From Marinicella sp. (GTDB taxonomy: Bacteria; Pseudomonadota; Gammaproteobacteria; Xanthomonadales; Marinicellaceae), in contig OZ246001.1 of assembly GCA_965230295.1 (NCBI GenBank), forward strand, positions 1,376,001 to 1,440,000: a stretch of DNA of 64,000 nt, read 5' to 3'. The notes under the pieces were generated by a model. The model saw nothing but the letters and a program-made list of their open reading frames with translations. It had not been told where the DNA came from and made no database searches. Positions within the stretch are counted from its first letter, which is position 1. Each line of letters starts with the position of its first letter. A program made the translations under genes and the position numbers. Of this stretch, positions 45,575-55,828 are shown in pieces.

Positions 45575-48421
45575 ATGAAAAATTTAGTACTAAAAGTAGG
45601 TCAATTATTTATATTGTGCTTGCTAATAAATCCTGTCAGCTTTGCGGCTCCGTTAACCAACTTCACAGTAACGCCAGCAGATTTAACAGCAGGAGCAACC
45701 ACAACTTACACCGTTCAATTTGATGCCGCATCCAGCATCAGTACATCAAGTACCAATTGGCTCAGGTTTGTCACAGGTTCTGGTGGTGCCAACTTAGACA
45801 ATGCAGTCGTTCAATCATCCTCTCCGAACATCACCATTAATTGTTCAAATTGCACCACAGTAAGTGCCTTTATACGAGTCACTGCCAGCTCAGTGGGGCC
45901 GGGCGATACTGTGACGTTCGTCTTGGGAAATGTCGTGAATCCACCAAGTCCTGGGCTTGGTCCGAACTACACAATGAATGTAGAAGACAGTGGTTACACA
46001 GCAATTGATACAGCCACAATTGGTGGCAGTTTATACACGGGTAATAACAGCCCTGTGGTAGCCAATCAGATCCCAAATCAATCAATTCAAGAACAGGATG
46101 GTGCCATCACAGTTGATTTGAATTCTGGTGCTGGTGTTAACACCAATCTGAATTACACATTCACCGATGGAGATGGCGATCCAATGACTTTCTCCATTGT
46201 TGCCGGCCATGACACCAATGTAGTCACGGCCCAGGTGGTCAGTGAAGAACTGGTGATCACTGGACAAGGTACAGGCAGCACATTTGTTACCGTTGAGGCA
46301 GATGACAGTGATGAAGGCACCATAACGGATACATTCAATGTTTCCGTTATTGGTTCTCTAGAGCCTGCTTCAGTCACGCCCGCATCGGTCATTGCCGGCG
46401 ACACAACCAACTACACCGTGGTGTTCCAACCAGCCACCGTGATTAACAGCGGTGATTTCATTATTTTAACTTCTCAAGCCAACAACCAGGATCATACCAA
46501 CAGTACCTTTGTTTCATTATCAGGTGGATTATCCGGTTTTAAATCAGCAGGCAGCGCCAATCACACAGTGATTTGGCTGAATGGTGGTTCTGCCGGTCCT
46601 GGTGACACTGTGACTCTGGTGCTGGGCAATATCGTTAACCCTGGTGCCGCTGGTCAAAGTGATGATTACACCCTGAGAACCACTGATGGTGGCAGCACAA
46701 CTGGCATCATAACCGTTCCAGGCACCGTTTATGGCAGCACCAGTACCCCAACTGTGGTCAATCCGATACCCAATCAATCGATTCAAGAACAGCAAGGCAG
46801 CATCACTGTAGATCTCAATTCGGGCGGTGGTGTCAATACTGACTTGAATTACACTTTCGTGGATGGAGATGGTCACCCATTGACGTTCACAATTGACAAT
46901 GTAGGTGACACCAATGTGGTCACAGCTCAAGTCATCAGTGATGAATTGATCATTACTGGACAAGGCACTGGATCCACCACAGTCACAGTCCGAGCAGATG
47001 ACATGATAGACGGGTCGGTGACCGACACATTTAACGTCTCTGTGGTAGGATCTTTGGCACCGGCCTCTGTGACTCCGAGCTCGAATGTAACAGCTGTCAA
47101 CTCCACCTATACGGTTGTATTTCAGCCAGCTACAGTGATTAATAATGGTGACTTTATCATCTTAAGTTCTGCTGCAAACAATCAAATCCACACCAACAGT
47201 ACACTGGTTTCTTTGTCTGGCGGACTGTCAGGCATTAGATCAGCAGGTAGTGCCAGTCATACGGTGATTCAGCTTAACGGTGGATCAGCTGGGCCAGGTG
47301 ACAGCATCACCATGGTTTTGGGTGATATCGTCAATCCGGCAGCAGCAGGTCAAAGTGATGATTACACACTCTCTACCACAGATGGTGGTAATACCACCGG
47401 CATCATAACCATAGCTGGCTCAGTTTATATTGGAACCAACCTACCTACAGTTGCCAACCCAATTCCTGACCAAGACATCGATGAAGAATCTGGCAGTATT
47501 GTGGTTGACTTAAACAGTGGTGCCGGTGTTAACACTGACCTGAACTTCACCTTTGATGATGCCGATGGTCACACATTAGCCTTCTCCATTGATGCCGGGC
47601 ATGACACCAACGTGGTACTGGCAAGCATCGTTAATGATGAATTGGTCATAACAGGGCAAGGCACAGGAACCACAACAGTTACTGTCCGGGCAGATGACAG
47701 CATTGATGGCTCAGTGGCAGACAGCTTCGATGTGGCAGTTATCGGATCATTGGCACCTGCCTCAGTCGTTCCTTCGTCTTTCAATGCAGGTGAATTAGAA
47801 TCTTACACCATTCAATTCAGGCCATCGGTCAGTTTGTCCAGCGGCGATACATTGACATTCTCGGCTCCTGGAGGACAAGACCAATCCAACAGTAGTCTGG
47901 GGCAAATCAGCGGAGGATCCATCACAGGGTCGGTCACATTCAGTGATCAAGACAGTTCAGTCGTCACATTTAATGGTGGCTTAGCCACTCCTGGGGATCT
48001 TGTCACAATTGTTTTGGACAATATATTCAACCCTGTGGCTGTAGGCATGGGGCCTGACTACCTACTCACAACTTCAGACACAGGCATAATAATCAATGGC
48101 CGTTCTACAGTAAATGGCGATGTATTCGTTGCCAGTGATTTGATTTATGAGAACGGTTTTGAACAGGTTTTCTTGAACGTTAACCAAGCAAATAACCTCC
48201 TGAAATTAATTGCTGATCATTCTGCTTCAAAATCAAATCAACTACCAAAACTCAACACCAGCTTCAATACAGTTGTCTATTTTGACCAACAAATGCGTTT
48301 GACAAATTTTGATGACATGATGCTCTGGTTTGAAACCGTGCTTGCTGTGGAAGATCCCTATGGTGACTTCGATGGTGACGGTATATTCAACCAACTTGAT
48401 TTTTATCCTTTGGGTTTTTAG
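45575..48421 (+). CDS. Secreted repetitive beta-sandwich (adhesin-like) protein, A-B-A-B-A-B-A architecture
   Basis: A unit SVTP..YTV.FQPA..LGNIVNP; B unit P.VANPIP.Q.I.E..F.D.DG..L.F (cadherin/dystroglycan-like); DLIYENGFE then DPYGDFDGDG tail. Confidence 0.85.
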   Translation: MKNLVLKVGQLFILCLLINPVSFAAPLTNFTVTPADLTAGATTTYTVQFDAASSISTSSTNWLRFVTGSGGANLDNAVVQSSSPNITINCSNCTTVSAFIRVTASSVGPGDTVTFVLGNVVNPPSPGLGPNYTMNVEDSGYTAIDTATIGGSLYTGNNSPVVANQIPNQSIQEQDGAITVDLNSGAGVNTNLNYTFTDGDGDPMTFSIVAGHDTNVVTAQVVSEELVITGQGTGSTFVTVEADDSDEGTITDTFNVSVIGSLEPASVTPASVIAGDTTNYTVVFQPATVINSGDFIILTSQANNQDHTNSTFVSLSGGLSGFKSAGSANHTVIWLNGGSAGPGDTVTLVLGNIVNPGAAGQSDDYTLRTTDGGSTTGIITVPGTVYGSTSTPTVVNPIPNQSIQEQQGSITVDLNSGGGVNTDLNYTFVDGDGHPLTFTIDNVGDTNVVTAQVISDELIITGQGTGSTTVTVRADDMIDGSVTDTFNVSVVGSLAPASVTPSSNVTAVNSTYTVVFQPATVINNGDFIILSSAANNQIHTNSTLVSLSGGLSGIRSAGSASHTVIQLNGGSAGPGDSITMVLGDIVNPAAAGQSDDYTLSTTDGGNTTGIITIAGSVYIGTNLPTVANPIPDQDIDEESGSIVVDLNSGAGVNTDLNFTFDDADGHTLAFSIDAGHDTNVVLASIVNDELVITGQGTGTTTVTVRADDSIDGSVADSFDVAVIGSLAPASVVPSSFNAGELESYTIQFRPSVSLSSGDTLTFSAPGGQDQSNSSLGQISGGSITGSVTFSDQDSSVVTFNGGLATPGDLVTIVLDNIFNPVAVGMGPDYLLTTSDTGIIINGRSTVNGDVFVASDLIYENGFEQVFLNVNQANNLLKLIADHSASKSNQLPKLNTSFNTVVYFDQQMRLTNFDDMMLWFETVLAVEDPYGDFDGDGIFNQLDFYPLGF

Positions 48422-48438
48422 ACTTTAAATTCATTCAA

Positions 48439-48475
48439 TCGATGCACCACTTATATTAACTAAGTGGTGCATCGA
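48439..48475. terminator. 15-bp perfect stem hairpin
   Basis: TCGATGCACCACTTA-TATTAAC-TAAGTGGTGCATCGA followed by a T-run. Confidence 0.7.
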
Positions 48476-48644
48476 GTCAGTTTTTAAAACCCCAAACTTC
48501 ATTAATTCACTCAATTTGCATCCCGTGAATAAGCTGTGATTCAAAGTACCATGTTGTTATTTAAAAAGTGAAAATGATCTTTGCAGAGTGGTTTCTCTGA
48601 ACTAAACTTGATCATGTGATAAACGTTTAGTGATGGGGGTTTAG

Positions 48645-50138
48645 ATGAAAAATCTGAAACACAGGGTTCAAAAAGTTGGCCTTTTCAACAGACAAGCCCA
48701 CTTACGAAAGCGGCTGATCACGCTCTGCTTACTCAGTCCTGTCTTGATATTGAATGTCTGTTTTGGCATGGATTTCGGAGATGCGCCAGACCCATTTTAT
48801 CCAACTACCCTGTCCAACGACGGAGCTCGGCACACAGCAACAGGCCCCACACTGGGTATCTTGCGAGACTCCGAAACTGACGGCCTGCCTGATGCCAATG
48901 CGTTAGGTGATGACCTGGATGGTGACTGGCTCGATGCAGGTGAGCAAATCGCCAGCAGTTCTGCCATGGCGATCGGCAACAACGTCATCAATATCAACAT
49001 CCCTTGTGGTGCCACAGCGGGCATCACATACACCCGTTTCAGGCTGAGTTCAACGGGTGGGCTTTCGCCATCAGGTCATGCAAATGACGGTGAAATCGAA
49101 GACCATGAGGTCACTTTGCTGCCTGCAACGCCGATGATCGCCTGTCCGCAAGATTTGGTGCTTAACTTTGAGGATTCGGCAGAACCCTACCGGGCTCCAG
49201 AATCCCCCATCATCCATTATGATTTCAACAACAGCAGCTTCGAAGTACAAGACATCAGTGCCAGCACAACAGTTCACAATGGATTTCAGCTCGGCGCTGT
49301 GGGTTTTCAGAATGGCATTGAAAGCATGGCGGCAGACCTCAGTACAGAGGGCTGTGTTGAAGTTCAAAACCACCCTGAGATCAACGGCGCACCTGTGGGT
49401 GATCGTTCGATCTCTTTTTGGTTCATCGTCGATACATCCGCTCCTCCTGCCCGGATAGTGGTGTATGAAGAAGGCAATGCGAACACGGGGTTATCAATTT
49501 ATGTCAATCAACTGAGCCAGGAACTCAATGTTGGCATTTGGAAGGGCCAAGGAATAGCACCCGGATTTACTGGCATTCCGGGGGTTGATTACAGTCTTCT
49601 CCAGTCTGGTATTGGCACCATCATTAACAACAATTGGTACCATGTGACCCTCGTGCTTAACAGCGCTGGAGGAACCGTTCAAGCCTTTCTTGATGGGGCA
49701 TCCATGGACAACGATACCTTTGGGTTCCCATTACCCACACACAACGGTGGTGTCTGCGTCGGTGGGGTGCATGATGATACCCGCTATTTGGACAGTGGAG
49801 AGGTTACTGATGGTGATGGAGACTACCTCAACGGTCGCATGGATCAATTCCTGCTTTACAATCGGGTGTTGACGACCGAAGAGGTCTCCGGTTTGGCCGA
49901 CATCAACCGATCGCAAAACAGCGCTGGGGGCCCTCTGGCTATAGGCAGTTGTTCTACCAACCTTGAAATAGGTCGGAACGACATCGTCAGCGCCGGTACC
50001 AGTGGCATTGTTTGGACCATAGACCGAACCTGGTCGGCTCAGAATCAAGGGGGCAACAGTGCATCGTGCATACAGGTCATTGATGGCTTCGATCCCTTTA
50101 TTTTTGGAAATGGCTTCGAACCGATCAATAATTTTTGA
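48645..50138 (+). CDS. Secreted GEVED + LamG-like + HYR-like protein with C-terminal IFGNGFE motif
   Basis: DFGDAP..Y.T..GARH, TYTRFRLS..DGEIEDH; LamG SISFWF, WYHVTLV, GRMDQF..YNRVL; ends DPFIFGNGFEPINNF. Confidence 0.85.
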   Translation: MKNLKHRVQKVGLFNRQAHLRKRLITLCLLSPVLILNVCFGMDFGDAPDPFYPTTLSNDGARHTATGPTLGILRDSETDGLPDANALGDDLDGDWLDAGEQIASSSAMAIGNNVININIPCGATAGITYTRFRLSSTGGLSPSGHANDGEIEDHEVTLLPATPMIACPQDLVLNFEDSAEPYRAPESPIIHYDFNNSSFEVQDISASTTVHNGFQLGAVGFQNGIESMAADLSTEGCVEVQNHPEINGAPVGDRSISFWFIVDTSAPPARIVVYEEGNANTGLSIYVNQLSQELNVGIWKGQGIAPGFTGIPGVDYSLLQSGIGTIINNNWYHVTLVLNSAGGTVQAFLDGASMDNDTFGFPLPTHNGGVCVGGVHDDTRYLDSGEVTDGDGDYLNGRMDQFLLYNRVLTTEEVSGLADINRSQNSAGGPLAIGSCSTNLEIGRNDIVSAGTSGIVWTIDRTWSAQNQGGNSASCIQVIDGFDPFIFGNGFEPINNF

Positions 50139-50232
50139 AAAATGAAATGACATCACACCTGCCAATACAAGCGTGCATGGATCAATCATTAAAGTGTATT
50201 GGCACGGAAATATCAAAAAAAATGCCCGAGGA

Positions 50233-50585
50233 AAGCTGCTGAGCAGCTTGACCCGCCGAGCCGGTTAGGCAGTGAGTGGAATAAAGGTGGTTTTGCGAAG
50301 CAAAGGAACCTTTATGCAATGAGCGATTAGCCGTGAGCTATTGATGTTGCGGCCGCTATCGTTCCTAGCTATCGCGGCAGACCTAAATCCATGTAGGCCA
50401 ATCAGAGGCGAAGAGCCCGAGATAGCATGTCATGTTCGCCGTGTTCGTTTTCACTTTTGTCTGGAACAGACATGCAGTGCGAAGCAACTGCTCAGACAAT
50501 AGTCTGTAAAGGTCGGTTTATTTGCGCAGCAAATATGAAGACCTGTCAGACCATGAACCAGAATGGAGCCCCAAGAACATTCCTT
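50233..50585 (+). repeat. Modular structured repeat, copy D
   Basis: 5-prime part shared with copy E, middle part shared with A/C, 103-bp block identical to copy C. Confidence 0.8.
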
Positions 50586-50706
50586 TTTATCAACGGAATT
50601 ACTGCTGGCAATCCACCCTAAAAAACAGTATATTTGAGGGCAGAAGTACTCAATCGAATGGGGTTTTGTATTTCAAAATTCACTTTACTTTTACATTCAT
50701 ATTTCG

Positions 50707-51531
50707 ATGAGTCAATTACAAATTCCTATCTTGGCATACCATGCCAGTAACATCACTGGTAACAGTTATCGGTTGAATGATCACATTGCCTTTGAAAATG
50801 ACCTTTATCATATACACCAACAAGGTTTTAAAATCATCCCCCTCAAGTGGATATCAGAGTGGGTCATGGGTGACCGGGACTTGTCCCAATTGGGTAATAA
50901 ACTGATTGGTTTGAGTTGTGATGACGGATTGGATTTAGACTTTAAAGACGGTCATTATTTTGCTTTTGGTCCACAAGTCAGTTTCTACAACATTCTAAAG
51001 CACTTTGTTGAATCTGTTGGCCATGAAAACCAACCACATGCCAGTTTGACTTCTTTTGTGATTGCATCTTCCGAGGGCAGAAAGAAAATTGATGATGTTT
51101 CATTGCAAGGTCACGGCCTCTTGAATGAAGACTGGTGGCATGAAGCCAACCATTCTGATCTGATTGAAATTGAGAACCACTCCTGGGATCATCGACACCC
51201 AGACATTTACCCTGAAAACCTGGCCAACTTCACCTCTGTTCAGGACCATGAAACAGCCTATAAGCAAATTGTTGAAGCCAAAAGTTACATCGATGAAAGG
51301 TTGGGTCCAAACGGCACCGCTTTATTTGCTTACCCATGGGGTCATGTTAATGACTATTTGCTCAATGAATTTTTGCCCACCACTGGCCTTCAACATGGCA
51401 TAGAAGCGGCCTTCACCTGCGGAGCCACAAATGTAATTGAGAACACCAGCCGGTGGGAATTGCCGCGTTATATCTGTGGTTTTAACTGGAAATCTCCAAC
51501 TGAATTGAACTCAATTCTGAATTCAGTTTAA
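50707..51531 (+). CDS. Polysaccharide deacetylase (CE4/NodB-like)
   Basis: IPILAYH, SCDDG, NHSWDH, FAYPWG, LPR. Confidence 0.85.
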   Translation: MSQLQIPILAYHASNITGNSYRLNDHIAFENDLYHIHQQGFKIIPLKWISEWVMGDRDLSQLGNKLIGLSCDDGLDLDFKDGHYFAFGPQVSFYNILKHFVESVGHENQPHASLTSFVIASSEGRKKIDDVSLQGHGLLNEDWWHEANHSDLIEIENHSWDHRHPDIYPENLANFTSVQDHETAYKQIVEAKSYIDERLGPNGTALFAYPWGHVNDYLLNEFLPTTGLQHGIEAAFTCGATNVIENTSRWELPRYICGFNWKSPTELNSILNSV

Positions 51532-51965
51532 AAAGAAAGCCCAATCAATCTCAGTAAGTCTGGGTAATTGGGATAGGTTAATGGCATTGCTTGGGGTTTG
51601 AGATTGTCGACCGAATTGCTTACACCCTGGTGCCGTTACACTGTGAACTGTTTGGGCATATAGTACGGAGATAATCCTTCCACCAAGATTGCACTGGGTG
51701 GCTAGATTGAAATCAGTTATTTTGTGCCAAAATTTGGCAGTCATACTTTAAGTGGGTTTCAAAAACCACTGGTCCCATCACAAAACGGCATCTTCAATGT
51801 AGAAAAACCCGGTTTTTCACCTGGGTTGTCATTGTTTTTTGAAACGGTATTGTTCAGGAATTAACAAATAGTTATCATTGATCATGTGTCGATTTTAAGG
51901 GTTCTCCAAGGAGTCACACAAAAGGTATTAAGCGGAAAGCAAAGATAAAAAGTTGGAGGTGTGAA

Positions 51966-52394
51966 GTGAGCCAAAATTTGGAAAATGATTTATTTGTAGA
52001 TATGATGAACTGGGGATTTATTGATCTGAGGAACCAGTTTAAACAAGGCATGTTTATGAACGATCATGGCAAACGTTTATTCATTAAACAAGTGTTTCCA
52101 AAGAAGTCTCCTGATCACATAGATGTGTACATGCAATATGCCCATGTGGTCTCCGTCAATGGCCATTTGAAATCCGATCCTGCAGTGGTTTTGGGGTTTG
52201 ACTTACAAGGCAAAAAGATTTATCCAGTGGTCTATCGCAATGACCTGCTCGATCACACCATACAGGTTTACGAGGATGGCACCTTGAATGAAGACAATGC
52301 TGACTGGTTATTACAGTATTGGTCAGATTGGCTCAATGAACTGAATTGTGATGACTATGACTCCCTGGACCACGCCCAATTAAAAACTGGCTGA
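51966..52394 (+). CDS. Hypothetical protein (DUF6908/DUF1249-like)
   Basis: GGAGG RBS; AH....NG.L..DP..., YRND, W..WL pattern recalled for that family. Confidence 0.6.
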   Translation: MSQNLENDLFVDMMNWGFIDLRNQFKQGMFMNDHGKRLFIKQVFPKKSPDHIDVYMQYAHVVSVNGHLKSDPAVVLGFDLQGKKIYPVVYRNDLLDHTIQVYEDGTLNEDNADWLLQYWSDWLNELNCDDYDSLDHAQLKTG

Positions 52395-52518
52395 ACCCGA
52401 ATCACGTCCAACCAGTCACTCTGAATCTTTTGATACCGCCATCATCGGTGATGTCACCATTTCGGGAGGTCGACTCCTTTGGGTACCAGTATATTGATTC
52501 CAAACTTTTCTTGTTTCA

Positions 52519-53277
52519 TTAAGAGGATTGTTTGATCTCAGCACTGACAGTTTTCTTTACCGAAGGGATCAGCATTGGCACCTGGTCTTTATACGCTCTG
52601 TAGGTATCGCCAAATTCATCTTCTAAATCCTTTTCTTCAAACTGAATGGCCACCACTATGTAAGCTGTGCACATCATTGCGAAAACAAAATGAGCAACCG
52701 TCATCACAGGTGCAGCCCACACAACAACGATCCAACCCACATACAAAGGGTGTCGAACGTATTTATACAAAGAAGGTGTCACGAAATGAGCGTCTTGATA
52801 TGTTTTCCCAACCAACTGGGCCCACACTTGTTGTAAGCCAAACAAGTGAAAATGATTGATCAAAAGGGTTGATACCAGAACCAGTGCCCAACCAAACATA
52901 TAAACAGTCAGGATGGCAGATTTGGCAAAACCACCGTCTGCACTCCATACAACACCACCCATGGGCTCCCAAAAATAAAACATGATGATCATGGCAACAT
53001 TCGACAACAAAACGTAAGTCGAACGCTCTGCTGAGCTGGGGATGTATTTGGTGATCCAGTTTTTGAAACCTTTCCTCGCCATGCCGCTGTGTTGCACAGC
53101 AAAAACTGTCAACAGCCCTAAATTAATCAAGAGTGCTTGTATAAAGGGTACCCCTGGCAGGGCGTCAATGGAGTTGCTCACTCTGATGTTACCGATAAAG
53201 CCAACGGCATAAATAAAGACCGCCAGAAACATCAAGTAACAAGTCAAACCGTAAATGAATATAGATATTTTTTTCAT
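52519..53277 (-). CDS. mddA: Methanethiol S-methyltransferase MddA (ICMT-like membrane methyltransferase)
   Basis: FAVQHSGMAR..FK.W, ERSTYVL.S, LINHFHLFGL.QV, YKYVRHPLY.G, EEKDL; GAGGT RBS before ATG 53277. Confidence 0.85.
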   Translation of the reverse strand: MKKISIFIYGLTCYLMFLAVFIYAVGFIGNIRVSNSIDALPGVPFIQALLINLGLLTVFAVQHSGMARKGFKNWITKYIPSSAERSTYVLLSNVAMIIMFYFWEPMGGVVWSADGGFAKSAILTVYMFGWALVLVSTLLINHFHLFGLQQVWAQLVGKTYQDAHFVTPSLYKYVRHPLYVGWIVVVWAAPVMTVAHFVFAMMCTAYIVVAIQFEEKDLEDEFGDTYRAYKDQVPMLIPSVKKTVSAEIKQSS

Positions 53278-53369
53278 GATATAAACCTCGATTATGTTAA
53301 TATTATTAAAATTCAACGCATTCAAGCCGTTGATCTTGCTCCATTATGTTTTTTTTAAAATTTTGTACT

Positions 53370-53410
53370 TGACCATTCAATGACGTTTCAATGACCATTC
53401 AATGACCAAT
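53370..53410. promoter_or_regulatory. Four 11-bp-phased direct repeats TGACCATTCAA
   Basis: TGACCATTCAA TGACGTTTCAA TGACCATTCAA TGACCAAT between divergent mddA and wHTH regulator. Confidence 0.75.
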
Positions 53411-53430
53411 AAAAAACATCTTTAAATACA

Positions 53431-55785
53431 ATGATTTATAAAATTCATAATCACATAATTGATGGCAATTTAAGGTCTGTTTCAGTTGATGGAAAACAGT
53501 TGAATGTCGAGCCCAAAGTTTATGACCTGATATATTTCCTGATCCAAAACCCGAATAAAGCCATCAGTAAAGATCAGTTACAAGATGCAGTGTGGCCTGG
53601 ACTTGAGGTATCTGAAACAGCGATTACCAGGGCTATCATGAAAGCCCGGAAATGTCTGAATGATGGCAATGACGTACAAAGTTACATCCAAACCATTCAT
53701 GGTCATGGCTATAAACTGGTGGCCAATATTGAAGTCATTGATAAGGCTGTTGTGCCTGGTGCGACCCATTCTATTCTCCCATGGTGGCAAAGAAAAAAAG
53801 TACTGTTTGTATTGGCCCTGACGGCCTTGTTGAGCTTCATTGGTGTTGGCTCACTATATTTAAACCGGGATGTTGTTGATGACAGCTCTAAATTGGCAGT
53901 GCTGCCTGTCATCAACAAAACCAACAACAAGGACTTCAGCTGGGTGTCATTGGGTCTAATGAGTCTGGCGGTGCAAATGATTCAAGCAGAAAACAGCATC
54001 AGCACCATTTCCAACAGCGCATCTTCTCAAATCAAAGACCTGGAGTTAGCAGATGACTTTCAGATGGCTGATGAACAAATCAGCTCATTAAAAGATCAAT
54101 TGAAAGCCACCCATTTGGTTTTTTCCATGTTGGAAAATGCAGATGACGATTTATTCAAATTGAGTTATTCTGTTTACCACCCCAAAGGCAAACAAGACGT
54201 CATTGAGTTGGTGGGAAACAACCCGACTGAACTCACGCAAAAGATGGTGAATCAAATCACCAACAAACTACCCAATTCATCCATTGCCATACCTAAGTTC
54301 AAAGCCATTTCAGACAACAGCTTCACCAATGAACTGTATGCCCGGGGTGTGGCTCACAGGCTTGAAGGCGATGCGAAAGCTGCCAGAGGGTACTTCAGTT
54401 TGGTGATTAAAGAAGAACCTGATTTATTTTGGCCACGATATCAATACGCCCTCACCTCCAATAAACTGGGGCAATATGATGAAGCCATTGAATCCCTTGA
54501 ACAACTATTGAAAGACATCCCGACAATCCTCAATGACAAAGACCTGGAGGCAGGGGTCAATAATGCCATTGGCATATCTTACATGCAGAAATCAGACCAC
54601 AAGCAAGGCATTGCCTACTATTCGAAAGCCTATGAAATCGCCAAGGAAAGTGGCAACCGAGATTACCAGGAAAAAATAGCCAGCAACATTGCCTGGATTT
54701 ACAAAGACAAAAGAGACTTTGATAAATCCAGGGTCTGGTTAGCCAAGTCCATTGAATCCAGAAAAGGCTTAGACCTTCCACCAAACATCAACAACATTTA
54801 CCTGAAAGGTCAGCTCGAGTACTTAATGAATCATTTTGATAAAGCCGAAGACATCTTCAAAGAGGCTTATGATTTGTATGTAGAGAACAACCACAATCGC
54901 CAGGCAGCCAAAGTGTTGAACTTAAGGGCCAAGGTTCAAAACCTGAAAGGCAGCTGGTCAAAAGCCCATGAAATTGTTGATGAATCATTCAAACTCAGTG
55001 AGAAAGTCGATGATGACTTGGGTCGATTGGACAGTCACTACATGCGCACCCAGGTATACTCCAATGAAGGTAAATACAGTCAAGCCATGACACTGGTTAA
55101 CGAAAACACCGTTAAAGCCGAGGCCCTGAATCAACAAAGGAAGTTACAAAACTGGAAAAAGCAGGAAATAAACCTCCTTTACAAACAGGGATCTTATGAG
55201 TTGGCACTAGAAAAACTCGAAAACATGGAAAAACAAAACGAATCTTCTGAAAAAGAATTGAGTGAGTCCATGCAGTTGATCAAGCATAAAATCGCCTATA
55301 CCACGGGTAACCCAGAACCACTGTTGAATTGGATAACAGACTATTCTGAAGATAACCAGAATCAAAATTCTCAATCTCAACTCAAAATCCAAAGACTCAA
55401 GATCTTCATGTTGGAAGCAGACCGAGAAAAAGGTAAGTCCGTTAACAATGATACTTCGATGGAATCGCTGATAAGCGCTTATCGCCATGCCATCAAGTTA
55501 GAACATGAGTTAGGCTACCAAGCCAGCCTGGCCAAAAAACTGATTAAAATTGCCCAATTGAACATCCAAAGTGGCAACCAACCAGGGTTTACCGATGCCT
55601 ACAACGAATTGCAGTTATTGGAATTGGATTGGTGGCAGGTGGATTTACTGACCGCCTACAAAGAACACCAAGCTGGCAATTTTAAACATGCCAAAGTATT
55701 GGCTGCCCAGGCTAAGCAAAATTCAACTGAGAACTGGAACGAAAAGGACGAGGAAATATTCATTTTAATCGATAGCCCGGTCTGA
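53431..55785 (+). CDS. Membrane-anchored wHTH regulator with TolB-N-like and TPR periplasmic domains
   Basis: VEPKVYDLI.FLI.N, SETAITRAI.KAR, IQTIHGHGY; TM; LAVLP; TPRs. Confidence 0.9.
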   Translation: MIYKIHNHIIDGNLRSVSVDGKQLNVEPKVYDLIYFLIQNPNKAISKDQLQDAVWPGLEVSETAITRAIMKARKCLNDGNDVQSYIQTIHGHGYKLVANIEVIDKAVVPGATHSILPWWQRKKVLFVLALTALLSFIGVGSLYLNRDVVDDSSKLAVLPVINKTNNKDFSWVSLGLMSLAVQMIQAENSISTISNSASSQIKDLELADDFQMADEQISSLKDQLKATHLVFSMLENADDDLFKLSYSVYHPKGKQDVIELVGNNPTELTQKMVNQITNKLPNSSIAIPKFKAISDNSFTNELYARGVAHRLEGDAKAARGYFSLVIKEEPDLFWPRYQYALTSNKLGQYDEAIESLEQLLKDIPTILNDKDLEAGVNNAIGISYMQKSDHKQGIAYYSKAYEIAKESGNRDYQEKIASNIAWIYKDKRDFDKSRVWLAKSIESRKGLDLPPNINNIYLKGQLEYLMNHFDKAEDIFKEAYDLYVENNHNRQAAKVLNLRAKVQNLKGSWSKAHEIVDESFKLSEKVDDDLGRLDSHYMRTQVYSNEGKYSQAMTLVNENTVKAEALNQQRKLQNWKKQEINLLYKQGSYELALEKLENMEKQNESSEKELSESMQLIKHKIAYTTGNPEPLLNWITDYSEDNQNQNSQSQLKIQRLKIFMLEADREKGKSVNNDTSMESLISAYRHAIKLEHELGYQASLAKKLIKIAQLNIQSGNQPGFTDAYNELQLLELDWWQVDLLTAYKEHQAGNFKHAKVLAAQAKQNSTENWNEKDEEIFILIDSPV

Positions 55786-55828
55786 CCAAGGTCAAATGGG
55801 TGAATAAACCGCAATTGGAAAGGGCACA

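Noticed and set aside
50463-50565. tRNA gene (multibranch fold)
   Set aside because: No TTCGA T-loop, D-loop GG or acceptor stem/CCA.
51523-51965. Riboswitch/ncRNA or ORF 51523-51744 in the long intergenic region
   Set aside because: No recognisable riboswitch consensus; the ORF has no motif. A weak inverted match (CCAAGGAGTC near 51906, GACTCCTTTGG near 52472) is too short to call a mobile element.
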